DNA of 64,000 bases from Camelus ferus (Eukaryota). Location: assembly GCF_009834535.1 (NCBI RefSeq), contig NC_045697.1:112656001-112720000 (forward strand), in the 5' to 3' direction. Both the position numbers and the translations under genes were made by a program. Under the pieces are notes generated by a model, which made no database searches, was not told where the DNA came from, and was given only the letters and a program-made list of their open reading frames with translations. Below are positions 50,831 to 63,419 of this stretch, piece by piece (the first letter of the stretch is position 1; each line of letters starts with the position of its first letter).

Positions 50831-53779
50831 CAGCTAAGAAAGTGATGAGTACCCCAGACCTGTGTGGGAAGAATGCTGGTCTGTGGAGGCTTGGCAAACA
50901 ACATCACGAATCCTTCAGTTATCTCAAATCTATAGTCTAAACTATTTCCCAAATTTCCACTTGATCATCAATGTTGCAAAAAGATCGTTTCAAAGTGTGA
51001 CCTGAAGTCTAAGTGTTTAGCGATAACAGAAAGGAAGATACTGTCTTTGGCAACTGTCACAGTCCCATAGCCACAGGAATTTGTGGGATGGGGCAGTTGA
51101 GTTCTTCCTTCTGTCCTCTCTCTCCCTTTCAACTCACCTGCACCTAAGCTGCTTTCTTGGCAGCCATTTACACACTAGTTTCATTCAGATAGGATTCTCT
51201 GACTCTCAAGGAGCTGGTAAAGTGGGTGGAAGCAACTTATACTGAGCAAGTCATTAGGCAAAAACTTTTCTCTTATAATACTACGATGTGAATGTCCAAA
51301 TATAGTCATGTAACCATCATAGGGCTTTCTTATAGTCTCACATCATCTTCATTCATATATTAAAAAGCTGAAATGATGCTACATAGATTGGTCTGGTCAT
51401 TCCCTACATTTAACTTCCTGTGTAGAGGTTCCTATGAATATGTCTTAGTTTAATGATGAGCTTTTCAGTCTTCCAGGGCCACAGTCATGTATTGTGTTCC
51501 TTTTCCATTTTCCCATAATGGGCTGGACAGTATAGTGTCCAATGTAGAATAGTCAATGACTATTACGAACTCATTACTAAGGTAAAAGGAGTGCAAGTAT
51601 TTTAACTTGTTGTATTATTTAACCATACTATATCAGCAGGGCTAAACCAAAGTTGAAGAGCTCTATCATGATGACTTCAGCCAAACAGTTCAGAAATGGT
51701 TTGCACAAGCCACCTTCAGGGAGAACGTCTAAGATCAAAAGGGGCATGCATTCACCCTGGCTCTGAGCAAATAAGTTTACAGATCCAAAAATTATCAAGT
51801 CAGAAAGATCCTAGTTATTCATGGGTTTTAAAATTCTTGAGAATATTGCATTGACTTTGACCCGAATCAAAAATGAAAATAATCCTCCTTTTCTGGCATT
51901 TCCATGCTGACTTTAGTTCCTTCAGTATAGTAAGGGCTCAAGAAATACTTATGGATTAATGTTGACTGAATAGGGAAGAATATAGCTCTGACCACCGCCA
52001 CCACCACAAGAGAAGGCTGCAAATGACATGAAACGGTCTTATTTAATCTCAGAAGCTAAATGGGAAATAAGAAATTGGCTGCTTTTAAAAACGCATTCCA
52101 GAATGAGTACTGATGATATAATTTCATGGGTCCCTTTACTACGCTTTTTATTCATGGGTGAATTCAACACTTTATTATAAGTACTAAAGTGGTATTTAAT
52201 TATAGAGTTAAAACTTTAAAAATGGCAAATGACTTACAAGTAGAACATTTGTTTGCACTTGATTAAACTATTTTGGTCATTATGTATCATTTCACTCCCT
52301 GCCTTTGAATAAAGATCCTCATTTTCATTTACTCTTAGCACACTTCAAGAAATGTAATTAAAAACTGATGACTAGCCGAGATACAGTGTACCAGGAATGT
52401 GGAAATATTTACTTTCTGTGGAATGCAAATTAGTTGAAGATGCAGATTTTGTATAACATAGATAAGAGTTTTCAATAAGATCTCAAGCAATGTGTTTGAA
52501 AGGGTAAGCATCAATAATTTGTTACTCGTTCAAACAGTTGTTTTGAAGCATTCCTCCACTTTCCTGCACCTCAGAAGAATGATTTACTCATATTAGATTG
52601 CCAGTTTTATTAAAAAGCCATTCCATTGAGTATCTTAAGACTTAATTTAGTGAAAGTTTTTTTAAAAAATAATACCTATTTACATCATTCAGATCCATTT
52701 AACTTGAGTATTTTGTCATGTAGAGTAATAACTCATCAATCCGTTAGTGCAACTTTTCCTAATGTTATTTTTGTTAGTCCTATGAAATGTGCTATTTTGA
52801 ATCCCTGAAATGTTATAAGCCACCAGATTGCTAATTGCTTTGGATGCTGTGAAAAATAATTACTCCACATTATTTTTGATATTTAATTGACAGTGTAATG
52901 CATTTAACTAAAGACCTGCAATAAACTATTTCTAATTACTGAGGGTGGTGGAGTGGAAAACTAGGCTGTAAAACTTTACAAGGAAACAATGTTTTCTTCA
53001 TTACATTAAAAGTCGTTGTTGATATAACTTTTTCAGAGACAAAAAAAAAAAAAAAAAAAAAAAATCCCCCAAATGGGAAGTTCTGGAAAGCTAGAAAGAG
53101 TTGTGGAATAGTTTTACTCATGATCTAGTAAGGAGAATTTTTTTAAATTATTATTTTAGTAGATTTCACTCGTGATGGATGTCATATACTAAATTTACCA
53201 TACTAGCACTAGAATTTCTCCTTCTTTAGTTGGCAGAACTTTATGAGGGAGATAATCGGGCCACTGCCAGAAGGAGTGATTTTTATCACTGGCCTGTGTT
53301 CAACACATTCTGCATCTGTAGGACATTCAGCTGAAAAGCAATGCCAAATTTTAGATGCCATTGAAATATGTAGATATATCAGGAGCTGGATCTGTTCTTG
53401 GCTCCCAAGAGAGGAACTTTTTGTTAGAAACTGATCCTTGCAAATAACACTTAGAACCCAATGCGAGGAATTCCCACCGCCTCTAAGTGTCACAAATGGG
53501 GGTGTAAAACGTCAGGTCCTTTGAGTAGCTGTGTACTGTTTCCATTGCCGCGTGGCTCTGAGCTTATTCATAATCAGCAATGTTCTTTTACTCCTCCGCA
53601 TCACCCCCGGTAAAATGAAATGTCTCCACTGGTATTTCATTAAATTGCTTATTTAATTTCAATCATGTAGATTTTTTTCCAAAAACAGACAACCGCAACA
53701 AGTGACCTGTTTCAGGGAATGTAAATTATTTTCAGAATTACAGAAATTGAAAAGGGATAAGAGGAAGGAGAAAATGCTG

Positions 53780-53990
53780 GGCTGGTGTGAAGCGATAGCC
53801 CGTAACCCTCGCAGGATCCCCAACAGCACGCGGACCCCCGAGGGCTCGGAGGAGTGGGCGGACGCCGCGCAAACGTCCACACTGGTGAGTGCAGCCATCG
53901 CCCCGCGAGTGGCTTGTGCGCGAACGGATGCTGAGGGAACGGGGAGGGAGGGCTCCCTAAGGAAACACGACTCTGCTTTACGAAAGTCCT
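53780..53990 (+). promoter_or_regulatory. Small CpG-rich island with a strong splice donor
   Basis: About 20 CpGs in ~200 bp in an otherwise CpG-depleted AT-rich region; GC box GGGCGG (53856); donor CTG|GTGAGT at 53884/53885. Confidence 0.4.
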
Positions 53991-54342
53991 TGCACAGATG
54001 CTACAGTGTTCCTATAGATGCAGTTTAACTAATGGGTATTAATAAATACAGCTTCATTTCCTACCGTTTAGAGTTTAATTCAGAATTAAAGAACAATGTC
54101 TTTTTCTTTCTGTTTCTTCAGACATCGCCCTTCCATTATGTCAGTGACCTTAGAGGGATATTTAATGTTTCCATCTTCGATTCTATGCCTTTGTAATGGA
54201 ATCAATGGAGGAAAACAAGCAGAGTTATCCAAAAATAATGCCTATGTGCTGTTTTCCTATATAGATTCAAAAAAATCTCTGAAAAAGGAATTCAGAAATT
54301 TTCATTTTCATATAAAATTGTGAATCAAATAATTACAGAAAT

Positions 54343-55638
54343 GATTTGCAGACCAAATCAATGGTATGTTCTTTCTTGTCTTGTTTTCAATTTACGTTAG
54401 TTATATTTTAATTACTGTTTTGCCATTTTTTTTGAGAACATAGCATTTTCATTAGCCTGATCTATCCGTTGATGAACATATAATTAAGTATAAACAAAGA
54501 CTTTTGGTTAATTGTGTACTTTTGAGTTATTCGATAATTTCTATTATTTTACGTAGAAACTATGATCTTGAGCAAACATTATTAAGTGAATTTCAGGAGA
54601 AATCATCGGAAGGACTAGGCGTAGAAGTGGGAATCCTGCTTAATTCTATTGTCTTAGACTGTTGGGAGAGGGCTGAGGGTATGAAGAGATCATGCGATGT
54701 GATTGGACGAAGTTCTAGGGACTACATTCTCTGAAACTACTGTCTGCAACGTTGCATCTCACTCTGATACGATCTTCCGTAAATTACTATTTTCAGTAAA
54801 ACCACTTGGCATGAGTTAACACCATTGAAACACATCTTTTGCACAACATTTCTACATAAAGCTGGACCTCGTAGGTATCACGCAATAACTAAAATTTTTA
54901 AAAGAAAAATGTTACTTCTGTGCTCTCATTAGAGTGGCTTTAGTGCTTAAATTCCTATTTCATAGAACCATATGTCAAAACCATAAAAGTCTCGAACAAA
55001 CATTTGGATTGGCTTTCTCTTATAATTTTGGGTAATCTAATATTAGCTTCATTGTACAAGTGCATACTATGACCCAGAGAAATTAAGTGACTTTCCCAGT
55101 GTCACTTAGCTAGTAAATGTCGCTTCTAAGATTGCTAGAATCCTGGCTTCTCAAGGCAAGGCCTTTTCTGCTACACTACACTGTCTCACTTTCTTAATGG
55201 CATTTCCTTCCATTCAAATACTTTTAGTAAAAAGAAAAAGACATCAGTTACCAACTTAATTAAATCCAGTAATTAATCTAATTTTAAAATCTAATGCTGT
55301 ATCGAGACAATAACCTCCAGCCACTGTAAACGATTTGCAGACCAAATCAATAATACACTTTCTTGTTTTGTTTTAAATTGACGTGTTATATTTTAATTAC
55401 TGTTTTACCATTTGATAAGAACACAAGAGCTTTCATCAGCCTGATTTATTTATTGATGAACACATAAATATAAGCAACAGTTTTCTGTTTATTTTTTTAC
55501 TTTTATTTGATAATTTCTATTATTTTACATAGAAACAATGGTCCTGAGCAAACATCATTGAGTGAATTTCAAGAGAAACTATTGGAAGGATTATGTTTTC
55601 AACTGACAAAACATAGACATGAAAGTCTTGCTTAATTC
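54343..55638 (+). repeat. Diverged local direct duplication (54343-54647 and 55332-55638)
   Basis: Colinear shared blocks gatttgcagaccaaatcaat, gttatattttaattactgtttt, gataatttctattattttac, tgagcaaacat, agtgaatttca, tgcttaattc at a ~990-bp offset. Confidence 0.92.
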
Positions 55639-55669
55639 CCCCAAATCTCAGTTGGGGGGGGGGGCAGAG

Positions 55670-57600
55670 ATACTTTGTTCAACCAAGAAAGTTTAGTTTC
55701 TTAACATAGAAAAATAAAATATTTCTTATGTCCTAGCCAATAGGTTCAGGGCAGCTCTCTTTGGAGGTTCACTACTGAGAAATTAAAGACTCTTTCCATC
55801 TTTTGATGCTGCCTTCTTAAGCACACAGTCTCTAAGTCACTGAGAAAAAGGAGGAGACTATGTGGGCCACTGGGCATGAGCTATTACGGAGTGAACTTGA
55901 ACGTGTAGACATCTTTTCATCGGCCAAAACCTAATCTCATAGCTTCACCTGAACTGCAAGGGAGGCTGAGAAATATTGGAAGCCACGTGGCCAGGAAAAA
56001 TCAAATGGAATCAGTGGACATCTAGACCCTCTCTGCCTTGGTCCACCTTTCTGGTCACCAAATAGTCACATCATATTTCCAGTCTCTCATGAAAAGGATT
56101 ATTACCTTCCAAGGGAGACAGCTAAAAATTCTTTCAGTGATTGGATTCCATTCAAGCTCGTGATCTCTGGTCATTCATTGTCCTCATCTAATGATGATGA
56201 TGGTGAATCACCTGTATTTTGCAACCAACCCCCAACATGCATGTATACCCAATGGGCAGGAGGGGAGTAAGAAAAGGGGAATCACAATAAACACTCATGT
56301 TTGGAGGGAGAAGGACTCAGATGCACATGGAAGTCAGTGGTGAAATTGTGTTGGACAGACATCATCAAGACTCCCTAACCCAGAAGTCAGGGAGGATCTT
56401 TGAACTGGCTTTGACCCTGCTCCCTGGGAGGCACCCCGTGTCCATGGTTCTCTCTAGCCTATGGATGTGCCTTCTGGAAACTTCCTTCATTTCTATTATG
56501 CTCTTTGTCCACATTTGAAGTGAGGATTGAAATATGTATAACCTTAATAGATTTTTTCCTGTTTGGAGAAAATTATGAGGCCAAGTGTTGTTTTAAGTCT
56601 TGAGTATTTCAAGGCTTATTCTTCTGGAATCATGGTATTTTAGTACAATCCTTTGAAATCCTCATAGGGTCCTGATCTGTTTGCCTCCTAATCGTGAGTA
56701 GGGAAGTTTTTTTCTCAGAGGCCCTTGATTTCCAGTTCTCCGTGCCACTCTCTCAAGATGGCCTTACCTTGAAAAATAGGCAGAAGGACCACATCCTTAA
56801 CCTGATCTTTGTCAAGAGATATTTTGTTCAACTGAGAGGGTCCACTAGGTGTCAGCTTGGAATGTCCTATTAGCCTTGGGTCACTTAGTTCAAATGTGAT
56901 TTTTCGTCGGACCTCTGTTACTCAACACTCACCTCAATGTCAAGTTCACCAGTTAGGGTTTAGAAGCAGCTGGTTCCAGTAACTGGGTCCGATAAACCCT
57001 GAAATTTCTGGATTCTCTCTACGTCTGGTCAGACCTGCTTTCACACCAGCTGGTTTGTTCCTGAGCTCGTGTTTCTCCTGTAACACCTTGCTGAATGTAT
57101 ACAATAATCATCAACATACATTATTGAATTTGCTTTTCAGTCTATTTTGAGTGTTGCCAGCCCAGCAGGCCCACTGTCTGCTTCTCGGCTTAGTTCAAAC
57201 AGGTTTGCCAAGAGTTTTGCCCAAACATCATGCAGATCAATGGCTTTCTACCTTTGAAATCAGTTTCCTCGTCCCCCATTGCCCCAACTTTAAACAAACA
57301 CCACGTATTTTAGGTTTTTGTTGTAGTAGCACAGGCGTTGGCTACCAATTTCTGCATTTGGATTGTTAGAAAAATTGGGGTGCAGTCAGGAAAACAGAAG
57401 TTGGTAATTTTAACAGAGAATCGAATATTACAAATTATTTAATCTGCTATCGGAGACTGAAAAAGTCAAAAAGGTGCATGACTTCAGTAACTGCAAGAAG
57501 CAACAATCACCTACCCAGAGGGGTACCCAGGGAGGAAGCTAGCATAACTTGAACCTGAAAGGCCCCTCACAACTGCACCCCAACTCTGGGGGTTTGTTAG
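55670..57600 (-). mobile_element. Old MaLR (MLT1-type) LTR plus internal region, followed by an LTR-like segment
   Basis: LTR-like 'aactgcaagggaggctgagaaat' (55670-56040); internal start 'gtccacctttctggtcaccaaata'; internal end 'ttaggtttttgttgtagtagcac...taccaatttc|tg' at ~57352. Confidence 0.6.
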
Positions 57601-59563
57601 AAAATGCACCTCAGTCCCTGTTATGAGGAATAAAGTGTCACCTTTGGAATAAAGTAGAGAAAGACAAGAAATGAGCAGAGTTTCACTGACCAGAGTGAAC
57701 AGAGACTCACGTGTATCTGAAAATAGTTACGTAAGTATGAAGACATGTTGGTTTATTTTTTGTTTTCTACACTAGGATATAAGATGAAAAGGGAAGATCG
57801 GTCCTGTTTACTGCCGTCTCCCTGGTATTTGGAACATAACAGGGACTTAATAAAATTTGTAGACTGGATAAACAGCTTGAGCAAAGAGCACGAACTGAGT
57901 TGAAAGGGAGGTTGTTTTTTGTTTATAAAATTCTATCTAGTACAATATCTCCTATTAAGTCCTTTCTTACCAGAAATACCTTATGCCTTAAAATATGGAA
58001 GAACCCATTGTAAAGATCAAATAATTCTGAGATGGTTTCTGTGACAAAAATACATAGTTAAATTTTGGAAACTGAAATCGTGATTATACAAAGTACATTC
58101 TGTTGTAATAAGATTCTCCTTTGGTAAGAATTTAAAATATCGCAGGTAGTTTTCCCCGTGCACGAGACGATGACATGTAAAAGGGTCCTTACAGAGAAAA
58201 CACATTTACTGAGGAGTACCTGCCAGAATCATAGTCCTCATTCTCTCCCTAGTTATTTCCTTAGTCTATTTTCAGTCTTACCAGGCTGAAGGAAGTCACC
58301 CATCTGCCTACAGCAAAAGGACTGGTATCACCCCACAAACATAACCTCTCTTAGAAACCAAATAAAAGGTAAACAGAAAGTGGAGTCTGGGTGTATTAAA
58401 TTTCTCATTAAACCTGTTGACTCATTTTCAATAGGCTCACTGATTTCTTTCAGTCCCTGAGCAAGTGGGCCGCTGGATCCTTGTGCAATGGCCTTTATAC
58501 ATTCTGAAAATAAATCGTCAGGACACATAGAGTTGGCAGGGTTTTTTTAACCTCATTTTCTTCCCTCCTTTTGGTTCTTTCCTATTTGATCATTTATCAG
58601 TTACTGTTTTTAATCGCTATTACAAAGCCTACTTTGCTAGGTCTTGCCAAAGGCAATAGTGACTGAAATCTAAATTTTTATTAGAATAACTATAAAAAGT
58701 AAGTGAGGGATCTTGAATAAAAGACATTATGCCTTTCAAGAGCTTTGGTTTTTGTAAGAAAGTAAATCATTAAAAATAGATCCCCATGGTTGTTATGGAA
58801 ACATGGAACTGAATCAGAATGCAGAAAGGGAGACTGGTGCTTCAAACATCATACCACGAGGAAAAATTACATTCACCGAGTTTCTTGGAGTAGTGTGTTA
58901 ACTTTAATTGTATAGCTACTGAACAATGTCAAAACATGATCATTCACAATAGGAATGATTGATCTAAATTGTTCCTTGCAGGAAGCGATCTTTTCCTCTG
59001 TGGAGTAAATCAGATTATGTTCAGAGCTGTTCTTTATCAAAATGTGTCATGTCTGTCAGTTTAAGTTAGATATAAATTAAATTGTGAGCACCTCAGAAAG
59101 ATGTTTAATTCTCAATAGTTGTTTAATTCTGCTATCTCTACAGTCTTCAGAGCACGCTGGTTTTCCAATGCCCTGTTTAATTATCTGAGACCCAGTGGGC
59201 AGCGTTGTGTACCCTGATGGGAGGGGCCTCCCATGTGTGTAGAACTGAGGGGTCTTCTGTCTCTGGACTCACAAATGACATGGGTGGCAAAGGTTTCTTC
59301 TTTGTGGAGTTTTGTGTGTGTGTGTGTGTGGGAGTGTTCTCATACTTTATAGAAAGGACAAATGGACGTGATATATGTGAAGTCAGCTTGTTTTCACCTC
59401 AGAATAAACATTGTACCTGGGAGTAAGTGGAACCTCTTAGATTTCCAGAATACCAATCCAGAGCTATTTCTCTGCAACAGTCTTCTCAAGAGATGAATAG
59501 AATAGAGTTCTCAGATACACTTACATCTCAAACACTATTACTAATAATCCAGTAAGAGTATTT

Positions 59564-60101
59564 ATTTTATTGTATTTGTATTTAATTATAATCATTTACA
59601 ACGTTGTGTTAATTTCAGGTATATCGCATAGTGATTCATTAAACCTATATGTATTATATATATATTCTTATATTCTTTTTCATTATAGGCTATTAAAAAC
59701 TATTGAATATAGTTCCCTGTGCTATACAGTAGAACCTTGTTATTGATCTATTTTATATATAGTAGTTAGTATCTGCAAATCTCGAACTCCCAATTTATCT
59801 CTTCCTATCTTCTTTGCCCCCTGGTAACCATAAGTTTGTTTTCTATGTCTGTGAGTCTGTTTCTGTTTTGTAGATAAGTTTGTGTCTTTTTTTTTTTAGA
59901 TTCCACATGTAAGTGATATTATATGCTATTTTTCTTTCTCTTTCTGGCTTATTTCACTTAGAATGATGATCTCAGTTCCATCCACGTTGTTGCAAATGGC
60001 ATTATTTTATTCTTTTTTATGGCCGAGTAGTATTCCATTGTATAAATATACCACAACTTTATCTGGTCATCTGTTGTTGGACATTCAGGTTGCTAACACA
60101 A
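59564..60101 (-). mobile_element. 5'-truncated L1 3' end
   Basis: 'tattgaatatagttccctgtgctatacagtag', 'ctggtaaccataagtttgttttctatgtctgtgagtctg'; TSD taagagtattt (59553-59563 / 60102-60112). Confidence 0.92.
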
Positions 60102-61030
60102 TAAGAGTATTTTTAATGCCTGTTCTAAGCTGAGGAGTTAAGACATGTATCTCAAAATGTCATGGTGACCCTAAAAGCAGGCATTGCTGTTCTCATGACA
60201 CAGCCAGAGAAACAGAGGTTCTGGAAGATTAGAAAAATGCCAGAACAGGAATCCAGAGCTCTGTGCTACTTCACAGAGGGTACTTTGTTCCTGTAAATAT
60301 TTGACAGACAGTTACATGCTGTGATATGATGATACTCAACCTAGAACGCCTACTCTGCTAATTCACCACTACAGTCATTGCACTGCCTGAGGGATGGATC
60401 ATTTAGCATCCAGAGTTGTACCGTTGAGTTACCCGTGGGGACTCGGGAGCTGTCTGTTATTGTGGAATGAAATAGGAACTAAACACATCACTGGGGAAAT
60501 GAGTGATTGTGAACTATTTGGATCACAGGTACCGCCCAGCTTAGTGTGTATCTTCATTTATTCATGTAGCTGCTCTCTATTGAGGGTTAGCTGTGAGTGA
60601 GGCACTGCACTATGCAATAAATATATAATATTGAAAAAAAAAAAAAGACAGTCCTTATCCTCAAGAATCTAGTGAAGAAAACAAATAAAAGGTCAAGAGT
60701 AGGGCAGCACGAGGAGCAAACACAGGCTGTAAGAAGACCCCTTGGGTGACCCTGGCCTGGCTGTAGACGTTCCAGGTGTTCCCTGAAGACCACTGAGAGG
60801 TGAGGGCACGAAGAGGGTGGAGATAAGGAGGGACCCGGGAGGGGCACTCCATGACCCTAGAGAAACCATTTATCATGTGAAAATTAAACCCCGTATTGCG
60901 TTTCCTTTTAAAGACACATCTGTTTAATGGAGTTAGTAAACAGAACCATCTTCAGGAATTGAGTTAGAGAAATACCCTTGACCTAACACAAGACTGTGTG
61001 TTTCTTTCGGTAGTGGAATTAACTCAATTC

Positions 61031-61710
61031 CACTTAATTTATATACTCGTATACATATATGCATTTATATTTTACATGTAGTATATATAGTGTTCTCTAA
61101 GTGGTTTATATATATATATATATATATGTAATTACTCAGTATCTTTGTATATTTTATTCAGCCTTAATATCCAACCTTACATCTGCAGGCTGTAATAATT
61201 GGGTGGCCACAGGGAGGGGGTTCCCTTGGGAGAACAATGAGCCTTCCTGGTGAACAGTGAGGATGAACTATGTGTCAAAACGCCTCCTTTGGGAAGGAAA
61301 CAAGTCCATGGAAGTGTATTTGTATTTGCTCACAGTGGGAAAATCATCCCATAAAAGCTACCGTTTGTTGAATACATACTGTGTCCTGGGCATGGTTCTG
61401 AGCACCGGACATTTTAACAACCCATTTAATCCTTACTGCAGCAGAGGAAAGAGGTAACTTGCCCAAGTTTATCCTGCTAGTAAATCTTATTTTTGAATCT
61501 CTGCCCTAATACACTTCCCTATGCTGCAAAGGACGTGCTCAGGAAAAGATAAACACACTGACTTTATTAGAAGTAAGCTTAATTCACACATTTAACTCTG
61601 AATTTGTTGTACACTTTTGTGAACACTTACTTTATATATGTACATACTTATATGCATTTATATTTTATATATGTAGTATATATATAAAATATATCCTCTA
61701 AGCAGTATAT
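61031..61710 (+). repeat. Short diverged direct duplication (61031-61110 and 61624-61710), each followed by a (TA)-rich tract
   Basis: Shared cactta..ttatata, tatatgcatttatatttta, atgtagtatatata, ctctaag. Confidence 0.8.
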
Positions 61711-61999
61711 ATACACATATATACATGCATATATATGTGTGTGTGTATATATATATGTATGTATATAATTGGCAAAACAGCCCTTATCTTCCCCATTTCA
61801 GAGACAGAAAAATTTAGTTTTTGAATAAATGTTTTGCCTAAGGGGATTCACCAGCCTCTGAAACAGCTCAGTTTAGTGCATTTATATAGGAGTAGTAAAT
61901 CTCTTCTAAGATTTTTATTTGCACCTACTAAATGTCAAAGTGCAAATGCACTGTAGTTTTAAATGGTGTTTAAAATGAACTTGGAGATGAGAAACATAC

Positions 62000-62780
62000 T
62001 TGTCGGATCTGTATTTGAAATATCTGACTGGTTGATTATCCTCATGTTCTGATAATTAGCGATGACATTTCTGGAGGAAGGGATAAGGTTATTGAATTGA
62101 CACTCTTGCGTTGGCTGAATTTGTTTTAACTGTTTAGCACAGTTTCATCCAGTAAAATGTCTGTTCAATATATGAAGCAAGTCTCTTAGGTTAAAAGCCA
62201 AAAGCCACCTTTTAGTTGACGGTCTGTTAAATTACTTTTGTATCACCACCGTAATTGTCAGCTGTAATGATTAGGCAGAATAATCCATGAATACAGCTTT
62301 GTGATTCCACCTTAGGAAACCAGCAACTCACATGCAGAAACACCTGGTTTCTCTGTGTCTGATGCAGCCTACAGGAATAAAATTTAATTTAACGATCCAG
62401 TAATTCTTTAAAGATAAAAAATGAAATGCCTTTCCACACTGCAGTTACCAACTTGTCAACTTTCACAGACACATTGTCACACCAACCAAATTTTATTACA
62501 CATATTGCAATGAGACGGCAAACAAAAGTTGGTTGCCTTGTTCTCATGGGGCGATTAATTTCACCTGCTGAAATTAGACAAAGCAGCACCCTTTGGTGAG
62601 CATAACATGTGTGATGTTGCTACTGCTTTTCGCTGTGCAAGAAGAAACTTAAAAGTTAATGCAGTTACACGCACAGTGTTTTATCAAAGTCTGGAACCAC
62701 ATTATTCACAGTATTTTCTTGAATGCCTTATGATTAGCTCTGCTGCCACTGGCTTGTATTAATTCTTTGACAGAGATCTA
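62000..62780. promoter_or_regulatory. Candidate conserved developmental enhancer
   Basis: Repeat-free; overlapping TAATTG/TGTCA/CAGCTG/TAATGATTA (62252-62273), TAATCC (62281), AAACAAAAG, GATTAATT. Confidence 0.4.
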
Positions 62781-63258
62781 CTTACACTTAGTGAAAGACA
62801 TTGAAGAAAACACGTTCCTTTACCCAGTCCTTATGCAGTGTAGGCTAATCTTTGCATTACTACAATACATCGATTTGGGGCACACAGTAAATGCAAAGCA
62901 GAGATTAAAAATAAGTCTGCTTCTTATAAAAAATATTTTAAGTGTATTTAAAAAGTGACTTTATGCCACCTTCTTATTTAAAAGGAACCAAGTGATGTTT
63001 TCTGATTAGATTAAAGGTGTCTTTCTCAAGTTATCTACTTTTCTTTAGAAATAAAAATACTTGCCTTTCTACTCAAATGTTTATTTTGTATTCAGGGTGG
63101 GGATTCACCACCCCAGCTTTCTTTCCTGAGATCCCAAAGAAGGATTATATAAAAATACAAAAAGGAATAAATCCGTAATAGCAAAAAGAGATTTCAACAA
63201 ATTTCAAAAAAGGGGAAAGCAGAATTTATTTCGTTTCTGTATCAGTTTTTTATAACTA

Positions 63259-63397
63259 TTTTTTTGCAGGGCGAGGGGTGAGGTAATTGGGTTTATTTAT
63301 TTATTCATTTATTTTTTTTAAATGGAGATACTGGAGATTGAACCCAGGACCTCATGCATGCTAAGCATGCACTCCACCACCAACCTATACCCTCCCC
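63259..63397 (-). mobile_element. tRNA-Ala-derived camelid SINE (vic-1-like)
   Basis: Reverse complement of the same SINE ('gattgaacccaggacctcatgcatgctaagcatgcactc...ctataccctcccc'); TSD-like tatcagtttt.ataa at 63240 and 63404. Confidence 0.9.
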
Positions 63398-63419
63398 TCC
63401 ACATATCAGTTTTGATAAG

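Noticed and set aside
50834..50940. Possible terminal exon after a branch-point-like ctgactgac and ttcttacag acceptor
   Set aside because: The short open frame (KKVMSTPDLCGKNAG...) is not recognisable, and the polypyrimidine tract is weak.
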